A DNA stretch of 64,000 nucleotides from Antechinus flavipes (Eukaryota). This document shows, one piece after another, positions 37,522 to 50,146 of this stretch. The stretch spans positions 655,836,001-655,900,000 of the forward strand of contig NC_067399.1 in NCBI RefSeq assembly GCF_016432865.1, in the 5' to 3' direction. The stretch's first letter is position 1; each line of letters starts with the position of its first letter. A program made the translations under genes and the position numbers. Below the pieces are notes generated by a model that saw only the letters and a list, made by a program, of their open reading frames with translations, was not told the DNA's origin and searched no databases.

Positions 37522-38318
37522 TGCTTTTTAAATACTGATCTTTATACAATAGGAGTAGTAATTTCATATATAATCCTCTCTGTTCTTTATATATAGAAAT
37601 TTTCCTATTTGTTGGGTTTTGTCAAGGTCACAGTAACAAAATAAGTTTTTGAAATACATGTTTCTCTTAACAGGTAGGGGACAAAATAGACTGTTGGAAC
37701 CCTAGGATCTTGCAGCGAGGGAGCAGTTCTTCTTCATCCCCAAGGGGAAATTTATCATCAATTTCAAGTCCGAGTATTAAGCTCACATGGACAGGGAAGG
37801 AAGCTGCCTTGGGACTGGGGAGCTGGCTCCATGAGATTACTTCAACAAAAGAGATTTCTGAGGTGGCCTGAGGCAGAGGGCTGTGGGTGGGGGGAAGAAA
37901 CTTCCGGACAGAGCTATAATTAGCTGGGGGGTTTGTGCCTGGAATGAGACAAAGCTCAGCCGAAGCAAGCAGCCTGAAACATATCCTTGAATAATCTAAT
38001 TTCTTCGGGGTCTTAAGCTCTGTTGCTGTAAGTTGAGGGTCTTTGGCACCCACTAAATTGGAAAGCTCTGCTCCGGGGTCTCCCAGAGAACTGCTATTGA
38101 CTCCCTCCCCCATTCATCCCACCTCTAGCTCTTGAAACGCCAAAGATTTCTCTTTGTGCCATGAAAAGACCAAGACGAGTCGCCCAGGCCCCGAAGCTCG
38201 CCCTATTGCCCCCAAAGAGCAGCTCCGACCGTTGGTCTCTACTCAACTTCTTTCCCAAGGGAAGGAGGTTGGCAAAGGACCTCAGCCACTGTGGCAGCTG
38301 ACCCTGAGCTGTTCCTCC

Positions 38319-38463
38319 TCAGTTGTCCTTCCTCAGCTGCAATCTCTTGGCCACGGCTGTGATCAGGGCGGCCCCCTTTCCGCTCCCGTCTTCGGACAGC
38401 ATGAAGGTCACATCGCACTGAGGGGCCAGATCCTTCACGGTTTCCCGCAAGATCCGAGAAAAG
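38319..38463 (-). CDS. HKDC1: HKDC1 exon 18 (last coding exon; [47 protein letters not shown])
   Basis: Acceptor tttctctatgatttctgtag; TGA at 38319-38321; hexokinase C-terminal motif [11 protein letters not shown]; DVTFML/AVAKRLQ is HKDC1-type. Confidence 0.97.
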
Positions 38464-39789
38464 CTACAGAAATCATAGAGAAAGCATAAGAGCCACACAG
38501 AGGAGTTTCCTTCTCAAAGTGGCTTGCAAATGACCTCCATGTTTGAGCCCCAGCAGCCTGCCCCCTTGGCCTGGCTCTTTGAGACCATCACAGAGGTCTC
38601 ACTGACCAGTGAGTGAATCCCCTTGCCTGGGCCCTCTGTGGTGTTGGAGACATGTCAAATGGGACTAATAATAGCACCTATTGTACAAGGTGGTTGTAAG
38701 CATCAAATGAGAGAATAGGTTTAAGGAGCTTCGTAAGCATTAAAATGCTACATATATGTAAGATGGTAATATAATAATAATCATAGTAATAATAGACCGT
38801 TTCTAAGAATTGTTATGGCTGAATCCCTCTCTTTGGTGGATCTGGAGTTGAATCTCTGAATTTTTCTAGGCTAGTTCTGGGACAATAAACGTGGAATCAT
38901 CAGATCTATGATAAAATTTTATTTTTAATTTTAATTTAAATTAAACTTGAATTTAATTTGAATTTGAATTTTTAATTAATCTAAATTAATAATTTAGACC
39001 TGTTATTTCAAAGGTTTGGGGAATTGCCAGCATGAAATTTCCTTTCATCAATGCCGATCGGGAATTTTCTATAACTTTAGAGTTAGATTTAAAATTATCT
39101 AAAGCTCTGATGCGCCAGAGAAGGGGAGGAGGAATGGGACAGAGAATTAGGCCTCTCCTTTCAACAATTTGTACTGGAAAAACAAAAATCACATCATTTA
39201 AATAGCTAAAACACAAAATTCGGAAATTGTTGTTGTGCTGTCGCTTTTCAGTCACGCCTGACTCTCCACGACCCTTTGGGCAAAGATAACAGGAGGGATT
39301 TCCCATTTCCTTCTCCATCTCATTTTACAGACGTGGAAACTGAGGCAGTTAAATGACTCGCTCAGGGTCCCATGGCCAGTAAGTGTGTGTTAGCGTGTTT
39401 GAAGTCAAGCAGAGGAGTCTCCTTGACTTCGGGCCTGGGGCTCTGCGCACTATGGCTCCACCTAGTGGCCGCTCATAAACATCATTTTAAAATATGGGTT
39501 TTTTTGGTAAATTTAAAATCATTTTCATAATTAGCATTTTTAAAGAGGCCCATTTGGCAGAAGGAAGGCCCAGCAGGATGCCAAAGATGGGAAACATCAA
39601 ACGCAAAATCTGAGCTCTGGCTCTGACTCCGCGTTGCCCCTCCTGGTGAACCCCCTGCTTCCCTTTGCTCCCCTCCATCAATCATGCAGAATGATGGTCA
39701 CTGAGGGTTGCCGAGGCTGATGAAGCTAATCATTCTATGGGTAATCAAGGCTGGCTCTGGCCCTCTGGCCACAGGTGGGTTTTTTGGTT

Positions 39790-39945
39790 GTCTTTTGTTG
39801 TTGTTTTTTGCTGAGGTAACTGGGGTTAAGTGACTCACCCAGGGTCACACAGCCAGTAAGTGTTAAGTGTCTGAGAGCAGATTTGAACTCGGGTCCTCCT
39901 GACTTTAAGGCCGGTGCTCTAGCCACTGCGCCCCCTAGCTGCCCC
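39790..39945 (-). mobile_element. WSINE1-type SINE in HKDC1 intron 17
   Basis: ttttgctgaggtaactggggttaagtgactc...gcgccccctagctgcccc. Confidence 0.8.
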
Positions 39946-40423
39946 TCATAGGCGGTTTTCAAACTTTTTAAGCACCGAACACGTGTTAGCCATTATAATT
40001 GTCTAGATCAAAAGCTTGGGGTGGCCCTGGAGAGCCCCGCGCCCTGTGTCATGTTGGGCAGCCACGCACAGTAGGGTTGGAAGAAAGCTTATACTGCTAG
40101 GGAAGGTACGTTGCTGTTACTAGTGGTCTATCTGCTTTAGAGATGATGACACTTGGAGAGATAACACTGGTCGGTGCCTTGTTCTGTATTGACTATGAAT
40201 ATGCATCCCATATATTTGGTCTCTTCCTGGAGGAGAGAGACTTTCATATTTGTCTCTGTTCTCCTACTGTGTGCCGGACACATAGTAGGCACTTAATACA
40301 TGCTTGTTAACTGAGCGATTAGTTGACCAATAGAAGGCCCAGGACTTAATCCCCAGTCTCCCCATCTCTCCGCCCTCGCTGGACAAGAAGCGTGAAGCAC
40401 CTACTGTGGGTGGGGATACTCAC

Positions 40424-40657
40424 TGCGGGTGCAGTTTGAAGAGCGTCCCGTCCACGCCCACGGTGATTTTCAGGCGCTCCGCTTTGCGGTCTTCCCGTCT
40501 CTTCTCCACAATGGCTGCCAGGCCGGCCCCGCAGAGCTGGGCCGCTCGCCGCGAGACCGCCCCGCACACCTCCTTGACCACAATGCTGTCGTCGCAGGTG
40601 CTGTCCAGGCCCAGCTGCTGCAGGATTCTCCGGACCTGGAGGAGGGCCAGCCTGTCA
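40424..40657 (-). CDS. HKDC1: HKDC1 exon 17 (234 bp; [56 protein letters not shown]...[12 protein letters not shown])
   Basis: tttccctgtctgcag acceptor, gtgagt donor; [20 protein letters not shown] distinguish HKDC1 from HK1/HK2. Confidence 0.97.
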
Positions 40658-43600
40658 CTGCAGACAGGGAAAAAAGTCTGGTCACGAAGGCACCTGGGCC
40701 TGGGGTCGTCCTGCTCTGAGCCCGGGACCTGGGAGGAGACCCAGTGTTCCAAGGACTCCCAGGAGGAATGGGAACCTCCAAGGGCAGCGACCGCTCTGCC
40801 CCCGCTCGCTCTCCTTCAGGGATGGGACCCTCCACGTCTGGGCTATTCACTTTGTCTACATAAGAGTTGGAAATCTGCTCCTGCAGGGTCCCCTTCTCCA
40901 TGCAATATGACAACCAGAGCCACCGGCCTGCTGACAGGGGCACTTCCCCAGGGTTCCCCATTTCAGCGACACGCGCTTAAAATTATACCCAAACGGAGAC
41001 TCCGGGATGGTCTCCCGGTCCCCATGATAGGGGGGTTGGTTGGGGGAAAGATAACGAGCTCCATCTTGGACAGACTTAAAGATGTCTACTGGACACCCAA
41101 GATGTCGGAAAGAAAGGTATCGCGAGCCTGGAGACCAGCAGAGAGACTGGGGCGACACGGCGTAAAGCTGGCCATGGAGCGCGAGGGAGCTGAGCCTGGC
41201 GCTCTGTTCCAGGACAGGGACGATGGGTCAGAGGAAAGGTTGATGATTTCTGACATTCCAACGTGAAGGCAGAGAGAGGGCTGCTCGAATTCCAGACAGC
41301 CCCAGGACCAGACTCCAGCACGGCGTGTGGGGAATGAATAAATGAATCACGTCCTACCAGAGCAGCAGACGATTGCCTTCGAGCTCACCAAGATAAATTT
41401 CCCGTCACGGCTGTGGGTCGCCCTCTCTCCCTTGCAGTTATTTAGAATCAGAGAAGAAAGTGCAGGAGGGCCCTGATTCTCTTCCTGGGAGCTATTTATA
41501 TTTTGCCTCCCTTTCCCTGCCAAACACTAATATCCACCAGCTACGCCCACTGCCATCATCCCCTCCTCCCCTCCTCGGGATCTGAATTCTGCTCCCCAAT
41601 GTCAAAGTCCGCCTTGGACCTCCTGATGGCTTTTTCCCAGTCCCCAACCTTAACCTTCGGCGGCTTTTAGCAGTGTCGCCCACTCTTCTCCCGCTGTTCA
41701 CTCCTCCCTCGGGCCTGATGACAACACCCTTTCCTGGTCCTCCTCTTCACCATCTGGCTGCTTGCTCCTCAGCAAGCTCTTTGGCTTGCTCTGTCTCATT
41801 TCCACCCTCAAAGGGTGCTGGGAGTCCCTCAGATTCCTCTCTCCTCCTTTTACACCCTACTTTTTGCTGCCCCCTGTTCCACTGGGTCCCACCATCCTTT
41901 CTACACCCATGACTCCCAAATCTGCTCCAGGTTAACATCTCCAAGTGCTGAGAACATGCTCTTGAGCGTCCTGGGGGCATGTTAGACTTCCATTCCCCAA
42001 CTTTTCTACATCAAGGACACACCTTTCTGTAGCCATTTCCCATCCATCCCTTTCTCTCCACTCACACCACTGTGATTCTTGTTCAGGCCCTCATCTTAAA
42101 AGCTTCTAATTGGTTTCTCATCTCCAGTCCTTTCCTTTTCCAGTTCATCTGTCAAAGTATTTTTCCTAAGCCGGGCTATTTTCCTGCTCATGCACCTTCC
42201 CTATGGATCCCCTGAAGAACCAAGTCTTCAATTTTGATGTACATGAGGAATTCAAAGAAAAGGGAAAATTTATATAAATTGATGCAAAGTAAAGCAAACA
42301 GAACCAAGAGAAAAATTTACCCTGTCACTAACAGTCACTATAAAAAAGTTGGAACTGAGGAATAGAAAAAAAAAAAAAGTGAAGGGCCTGAATAAAGCAT
42401 CTCACCCTTTTCAGAACAGAGAAATGGGAGACAACTACCCATTGGTATACCATATGGATGGTATGGAATACCATACAAGCTGTCAGACCTTATTTATACA
42501 TCACAGACTTTTGCTTATTTGTTTTTTTTTCCTTTGTCACTAGAGAGGGTTCAATCTGCTGAAGGGGGATAGAAAATGATACCGATGTCCAAATAAAAGA
42601 CACCAATAAAAATACATATTTATATATTCTAAATATGTTATTTTAACTTATATATTTAAATGTTAAACACATTTTATAACTTTAATGTTTTATTAATATA
42701 TAACTATGGATAGTTATATATATATATCCATATATATAGATAGTTATATAAAAATATAAACATTTCTATATTTATATAAATGTGTTTATGTAGTTTAGCA
42801 TATAATTATATATAATTTATATTTCTTAATCCATCTTACTTTAAAACTCATGGATTAGTTCAGATACGAACTCCTTCAGGAAACCTTTTCTGGTGTCTCA
42901 GCTGAAAGAGTTTTCTCTCCTTAAATTTACTGAGGGTATCTTGCCTTTACTGAGGGCCCTTTCTTTGAAGCAGCCCCACAGAGCAGCGTCAAGGAAAATC
43001 TGACTTAAAATCCAGCCTCAAGACATTTATTAGTTGTGTGATCCTGGACAAGTCCCTTAACCACCATCTGCCTCAGTTTCTTAATTTCTAATAACAGCAC
43101 CTACCTCTCTGGGTTACTGTGACTATCAAATAAGATACTATCTGCAGAGTACTTTAAAGCACTCTATAAAAACAGCAATTCTCCTTCCCCTTGTATTATA
43201 CTTATGTGTCTGGTAGTCCTATATATAATAAAAGACCTGACTTTTCTGTAGCATGCTCTACACATCAATCACCTCATTCAATGATCACAGCAACCCTAGG
43301 AGGTGGACAATCCATATGGTGTGGACGAAGTTTAGTGACTTGCCCAGAAGCGTGTGAGGTTGGATTTTCCCAATTCTAAGTCTAGAGCTCTTCTGTTAGC
43401 ACGGTGGAAGGGGCCTTCGAGAATGTCCAGTCCAGCCCTTTTATACTAAGCCCCTGAGAGAAGTAAGCAGTGGAGCCAGCATTCTGACTCCAGATCTCCT
43501 GATTCAAGCTGAGTGCTCCTTCTGCTGACTTAACGCCTCCAGTCTCTTCAGCAGAACTGGGAGGGAAGCAGAGTGCTTCCTTTTCTCCCCCCACAAGGCA

Positions 43601-43727
43601 GGGCTCTAAGAGTCAAGCAGCCTTCCTTCCCATTAGGCTTGCCTCCCACACAAGAGTTGCTGAAGTTTCTGAAAACAGATGTCGTGTGCGCATTGGACAG
43701 ATTTTTGGTGATATTGCTGTTGCAATT

Positions 43728-43945
43728 GGGTAGATCCCCTTAGCACGCCGGATAGATCCTCTTAGCACGCTGGGAAGATCCTCTTAGCATGCTGGGTAGA
43801 ACCCTTGGCACACTGGGTAGATCCCCTTAGCACATCAGGAAGATCCCCTTAGCACAATGGGAAGATCCCCTTAGCACGCTGGGTAGATTCCTTTAGCATA
43901 ATGGGTAGAATCCTAAGCACACCAGGAAGATCCCCTTAGCACGCT
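43728..43945. repeat. 22-bp minisatellite, 10 copies (gggtagatccccttagcacgct)
   Basis: Counted eight 22-mers and two 21-mers in HKDC1 intron 16. Confidence 0.93.
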
Positions 43946-44389
43946 GGGAAAATGCCTAGTGTTGAACTTGGGGGGAACGCCATGGACTAAAGCTGCTCGT
44001 GATGGGTAGGGGACCCCTGGGCTGGATGAGATCTCAGGTCTATCAGAGTATGTCCTTAGAAGATGGACGAGCACTCTAGCAGGGGCAAGGTGACTTCTTG
44101 GCCCCAGAAGAAGCCTGCCTGAATCACAGAATATCTGAGCAGAGCCAGAGTTGTTACTTGGACATATATCAGTACTCTGAACACTCAGTTTACCATTCTA
44201 TAAAACAAAGGGATTGAAATATGTGATCTCTCAGGATACTTCCTGCTCTAAGTCCCAACGTCTTAAAAAGAAGCCATCTAGTCCAATTGACACATGAGGA
44301 AACTGAGATCCAGAGAAGGCTTACTTCCCCCAGAGATAAGTTCTCTATATCTATTAAATCACCAGTTCAACAAGGTGACTGGAACTTGT

Positions 44390-45110
44390 TGTTGGAACTG
44401 TGAACTGATCAGCCATTCTGGAGAGTGATTTGGAACTATGCTCCAAAGCTATCAAACTGTGCATTCCCTTTGAGCCAGCAGTGTTATTACTGGGCTTATA
44501 CCCCAAAGAGATCTTAAAGAAGGGAAAGGGAGCTGTATTGCAAGAATGTCCCTCTTTGTAGTGGCCAGAAACTGGTAACTGAGTAGATGCCCATCCATTG
44601 GAGAATGGCTGAATAAATTGTGGTATATGAATGTTATGGAATATTATTGTTCTGTAAGAATGACCAGCAGGAGGATTTCAGAAAGGCCTGGAGAGACTGA
44701 CAGGAACCGAAGCTGAGTGAAATGAGCAGAACCAGGAGATCATTATACACTTCAACAACAATATTATATGAGGATCAATTCTGACAGACGTGGCTCTCTT
44801 CAACAATGAAGTGATTCAAGCCAATTTTAATAGACTTGTGATAGACAGAGCCATCTGCACCCAGAAGCAGGACCATGGGAACTGAATGTGTGGTGATTTA
44901 TTTGTTTTTTTCCTTTTAGATCTGATTTTTTTTGTGCAGTATGATCAATGTAGGAATATGTTTAGAATTGTACATGTTTAACTTATATTGGATTACTTGG
45001 AGGGGATGGAGAAAAATTTTGGAGACAAGGTTTTTCAAGGGTGAATATTGAAAACTCTCTTTGCATGTATTTTGAAAATAAAAAAGCTATTATTAAAAAT
45101 TAAAAATCAA
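44390..45110 (+). mobile_element. L1 3' fragment in HKDC1 intron 16
   Basis: Same L1 ORF2 end/3'UTR as 31920 and 36700. Confidence 0.85.
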
Positions 45111-45883
45111 ATCACAAGTCCAGTCCCCATCCTTGTCCTTTACAGATGGCCTCGATGGAAGTGACCAACTACAATGGAATTAGAACCCTGACCTTCAGAT
45201 TTCAGGCCCAAGACTCTTTCCAGAACACTAGACTTTGAAAATTTTCCAGTTTCTACCACGTAGGACTAAATAAGAGAATGTATACATAACTGTCAGGCAC
45301 ACTACACATGACAGCTACTATTGATTGATATTCCTGTGTCCCTCTTCCACATCTTGCCTCTCCCCAGCCCTCAAGGATCCTCCTGCGGGGCCCCATCCAC
45401 ATCTTCTCTATCCCCTGCCCCTCAAATTTCTTGTTTTCATCACTTCCAACCCCTCATCCAGGACAATTGACCTGACTTAGTATTTGGAGGAGGACAATTG
45501 ATGAATGCGTTCATGTTAAAAGGTAACCTCTTGTAGTTAATGGGAGACTATACTACACCATGGATAAAGTGCTAGTTAGTCCAAAACGCTGTGTCAGACA
45601 CTCAGGTACTGAGTCTCTGTGCCTCATTTTACCCATCTATAAAAGAAGAGGTTAGAGTCTGATCTCTGAGGTTCCCGCTAGCCCCGGATCCTGTGATCAA
45701 TAAAGAGCGACAAGTTATTTTTGTCATCGCTGTAAGGCATTTCTAAAAACTCCATCAGAAGCACTAGAGGAGAGGTGATTTTCAAAGAACCACATGCCGA
45801 CTCAGTGATGAACCCGATGGCACAATTCCCTGCGGTCCCATCAGAGGCAGCCCCGGAGGATATTGCAGGAGCCGAGTCCTTAC

Positions 45884-46039
45884 CTTTCGATCTGGGACAG
45901 GAACTTGGTTTCAAATATTCCTCTGGTCCTGAGTCGCTCTGAAATCTTCCCTCGAAACAGGAGTCCGTGCTTGGTTAGATCGATTAAAATCTGCCTCACG
46001 ATCTCCCCCAGGTACATGCCGCTGGTCATCTTCTCGTAC
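45884..46039 (-). CDS. HKDC1: HKDC1 exon 16 (156 bp; [51 protein letters not shown])
   Basis: Not in the ORF track; read manually. AG at 46040-46041, gtaagg donor; phases match exons 15 and 17. Confidence 0.96.
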
Positions 46040-47550
46040 CTTTTTTCAAGGAAGAATAAATGGGGGTCACGTTAACCACGTCATGATGACGAACAAGTCA
46101 TTAAATTGCTTTGAGCCCGGTCAGTCTGTAGAATGGGAGGCGGGTTGTTGCCTTCTCTCGCTCAGTTCTGGGCTCCCCAACATTTCCCGGACGCTTCCGC
46201 CACGCGCTCTCTATTCCACTCCACCCCACTCTGGCCGCTCCTATCCCTGGCCGGACCGTCTGGGCGCATCTCCCGTTTCCAGCTCCCAAATTATGTGTGG
46301 CGGGCCCCTACTGGAATGGAAGCTTCCTGAGGTCAGAGAATGTCCTCTGGTACTCCCGGCGCTTAGCACAGTGCCTGACATAAAAATAAGTCCCAAGAGA
46401 AGCTCGCTCCATCCGCCCTCAGTGATGTGACAAGGAAACACTAAATCTCGGTGCGTAAAGAAAAGTAAGCTGCTGGTACTAGAATATTTGCAGCTAATTA
46501 TAGATGTGTAAATAGTGTTTATATAAATATTCCCTCTAAAGCCATTTTCAAGTGAATTATTGTGAAAACAAAATTCTTCCCTGGTGGCTAACCTGATAAT
46601 TTAGATCTCTCCAAACAGAGCTCTTCCCGTACCATATAGTCCATCACCAGTCCATGGTCAGAGCCTTCCCACCTTAGCAGGGTTCCCTTCTCTTCAGCTC
46701 ATAATCTATTGACATAACCCTTAAAAGCCCTGAGTCTTCTCCCTACTATAATGGGGCCTCAGATTGGATAGGGGTAGTGGGGGGAAGTCAGTCTCTTATC
46801 TCAAATGTTTTTGTTGAGACTCTTGATTTTTCTGAGCATATGAAAACATATCAAAAAGAGGTTTGCAAATCTCTTTTTTGCTAGCACTTAATTTCTCTTT
46901 CTCCTCCTCTTTCCCTTTTATTGCAAAGATTTAAAACTATTCTGAATGGCAGTGGTGAAAGTAAGCAGCCCTGATTTTCCCCTGCTCTTAGTGGTAAAGT
47001 CTCTAAGGTTTATCCATTATGTGTAATGCCAGCTCTTAGTTACAAATAAACATGATCACAATGAAAATAAATCTTTTGGTTCCTATCCTTTTAAAATATT
47101 ATATATATATACACACACACATACATATATATGTACACACACATACATATATATATATACACATATGGGGGGAGAGAGAGAGGCAACTAGATGGTGCCAT
47201 ATATATGTTTATATATATGGGCAACCATCCTTTAAAAATTGTTGTCCAAGATACTAAGGTGTGCTTCAAACTCCCTTTTTGGGGGAGGGAATGTCAGCCA
47301 GTTCCTGAATTGTGCCCCAATATAAGCCTGCCAAACCTTCAGCTCATAGAGTCAGGGTTGGAAGGGACTTTGGGAGCCCCCTAATACGATCCCCTCATTT
47401 TACAGATAAGGAAACTGAGGCAGGGGTAAGCTAAATGGTTTGCTGAAGGTTACCCAGAAATGAGTGGCAGGACCAGGCACCAAGCCGCCCCTGCCAGCTG
47501 CCCCTTCCTCCTGGAGCTGCAGGAGCTCACCCCCAGCCCCTCAACTTTAC

Positions 47551-47734
47551 CTCTGCTTGCCAGGGTTCAGGGAGCCTTCATCCACTTCCACGTCATACTG
47601 GGTCCTGATCTCGTCCAAGCAGCCGTTGTCCCCGAACCCGCCCCACTCAGTGTTGATGCACATCTTGCCCTCGTCCCCGTCTACGAGCTCGATGTTGCTC
47701 ATCTCTTCCATGTAGCACACGTTGCTGCCGGTTC
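47551..47734 (-). CDS. HKDC1: HKDC1 exon 15 (184 bp; [62 protein letters not shown])
   Basis: ccag acceptor, gtaaag donor; INTEWGGFG sugar-binding motif. Confidence 0.97.
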
Positions 47735-49099
47735 CTGGAGGGAAACCCAAGGGCTGCAGTGACGGCTGCAGGGGCCGCGGCATCCGGAGCCCGGACTGAG
47801 CTGCCTCGGACGGGTGGCCGGCCCCCTGCACTCCCCCGGAGTCCGTGAACTGTTGGGGCCGAAAGGCCACTACTCTGGGCGTGTGAGGTGGCTGCGCTGA
47901 GCTGGGCTGGTCCCATAGGGATGAGGGGTCAGCAGGGAGGCCGGGCCCCGCGGCAGAGCCGCCCTCGACCCGGCCAGACCTCCGCCTTCCTGGCGCAGAG
48001 GCAGCGTCGCGGGGTCACCCTCGGCACCCCCGGGGCCAGGTTAAAGCATCGGACTTGTCCTTGTCAGGTGGGTCAGGGAGGGTGAAGGGGAGGGGGCTTC
48101 TAAGCAGTTCGATTATATGAGTGATATATATACATATATGAGTGATAAAGGAAGAAGGGTAACATCCTTTAATCAGTAAAGAGAGGAAAAGGGCGTGATC
48201 CTGTCCTGTTCTTGGCCGGAGATCTGGGTCGTCCAGCTTTCTGCCGATTAATGAATCGACAAGGTTATCGATGTGAGGAAGGAAAGAAGGCTCTGTGTGG
48301 GGTCCTGAGTGGCTCAGCTCCCTCAGCTCTGAAAGGAGGGGGTGGGGTACTCAGGGCAGGCCCCTCCCCTTTTCCCCCCACCCCCCGGAGCTTTTCACCT
48401 AAGAGCTGCCTCAGCTTCCCCCCTTCAAGGACACAGGCTCACGGGATCAGGGGCAAAGTAGCCCCGGCGCCCGCTGGGATCCTTTCGAGGATTCCAAGAT
48501 TGTCGGACACTGTTTAAGTCGTGATCGGAAAACTCGATGCTCTTCTGAGGATGCAATTGTGTGTCTGTGAGTGTGAGTGTAAGTGTGTGTATGTGAGTGT
48601 GTCTTGTTTGAGTGTGATTGGGAGTGTACACACATGCACGCTTAGTTTGGACAAATCCTCAGGGACGAGCACTGGACCTTGCACTTAAGACACTTGCACT
48701 GAATTGGTTTATTTTTCTCCACCCCCAAAGCAAAGAAGGATAACGGGCCATAAATGGGGACCTGGGAGGAGCCCAGAAGCCCCGGAGGTCCAGCCCTCAC
48801 TGGCAGAGGAGGAAGCTGCTTCCTCCAAGTGAGAGATGACCTCACTAAGTCAGCGAGGCGGCAGATGGCAGAGGCGGCTGGGGCTCGGCTCCCCGAATTT
48901 CAAACTAGCACCTCCCCCAGTGCGCGCCCCAGGCCACTGCCCGAGGCACCTTTTAACCCTTTTTGTGCCTGGACCCCGCTGCCCCGCTCGTGAAGCCTGG
49001 GGCCATCTTCTTTGAATCATCCTTTTAACTTCAGGGAATAAAATGTACAGGATTACTGAGGACACAACCCCAATTCTATTGAACTAATTCTGCCTCCAC

Positions 49100-49365
49100 A
49101 TCTATGTCTTTCCATCTATCTGTCCATCGACTGATCCATTTATATCTATTTATTGATTCATCCATCCATCTACTTAGTTATCTCTTTTTTAAAAAATCTA
49201 TCCATCCATCCATTCATCTGTCTCTATCCATTTTCTATCCAATCATCTATCTTTTTATCTCCCTCCCTCCCTCCCTCTATTTTTCCATCCACCAATCCAT
49301 CTATCATCTATCTATCTACGGATCCCTCTATCTTATCCATTAATTTCTCTGTCTGTCTGTTTGTC
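49100..49365. repeat. degenerate (TCCA/TCTA)n tract
   Basis: Direct reading; similar tracts at ~33160-33350 and a GA-rich tract at ~50385-50635. Confidence 0.85.
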
Positions 49366-49783
49366 TAAACAGATTCACGGACCTCAGGTAAGAAACCTTT
49401 GGCCTAGAGGTCCCTGGCAAGAGACGGGCACTGCCCGAGATGAAGATTCAGGTCTGAGACCTTGCTCCCAGCTGCCTTATTTCTAGACTATACAACCCTG
49501 GGCAAGTGATCTTCTGTGCCTCAGTTTCCCCACCCACACATTACAACTCTACAGGATTACAAAGTATCTTCTTCACAGGCGCTTTGGGGATGGGAGGCCC
49601 AGATATTATTTATCCAACTCAGATTAGACGAATTAACTGCCCAGGGTCAAACAGCTTCATACAGGAGTTGGGACGCAGCCCAGAGAACATAACAAACCCC
49701 TGCCCTCCCAGGCCTGTGGCAAGAACCACTGAGCCGAACAACGCCGTGAGCAGGGGGCCTGTAGCAGGTAAAACCGGGCTTAC

Positions 49784-49883
49784 CTGCGATGAGACCGATT
49801 TCACAGTCAGGGTCTTCATATCCACAAGTCATCATGGTTCCCACCGTGTCATTGACAACGGCGACAATATCCAGCTCAAATTC
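49784..49883 (-). CDS. HKDC1: HKDC1 exon 14 (100 bp; [33 protein letters not shown])
   Basis: cctgtcgtag acceptor, gtaagc donor; catalytic VNDT motif of the C-terminal half intact. Confidence 0.97.
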
Positions 49884-50050
49884 CTACGACAGGAGCAAGT
49901 TCTGCAGTGAGCACGGACCGGGGGTCCTTCCCAAGTCATCCCTGCCGTGCTCCTAGTCTGGAGGCCCTGGGGGAAAGAGGGACCCAGAGAGCCGGGGGAG
50001 AGGGAGAAGGCGAGGGCCGGAGGTCAGGGGAAGGATCCCCAAGCACCTAC

Positions 50051-50146
50051 ATTTCTCCTCTTAATGGCCTCCCTGAGCATTTCCACCACATCTTCCCCTT
50101 CACAGTCCGTGGCTTTGAATCCTTTGGTCCACTCCAGGAGTATCCC
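50051..50146 (-). CDS. HKDC1: HKDC1 exon 13 (96 bp; [32 protein letters not shown])
   Basis: ccttctctttcag acceptor, gtaggt donor; WTKGF motif. Confidence 0.97.

Noticed and set aside
40406-41266. 286-aa plus-strand ORF antisense to exon 17
   Set aside because: GC-rich antisense shadow of a coding exon plus stop-poor intron; no homology recognised
43728-43945. CRISPR-like array
   Set aside because: Contiguous tandem units with no unique spacers, in mammalian intronic DNA
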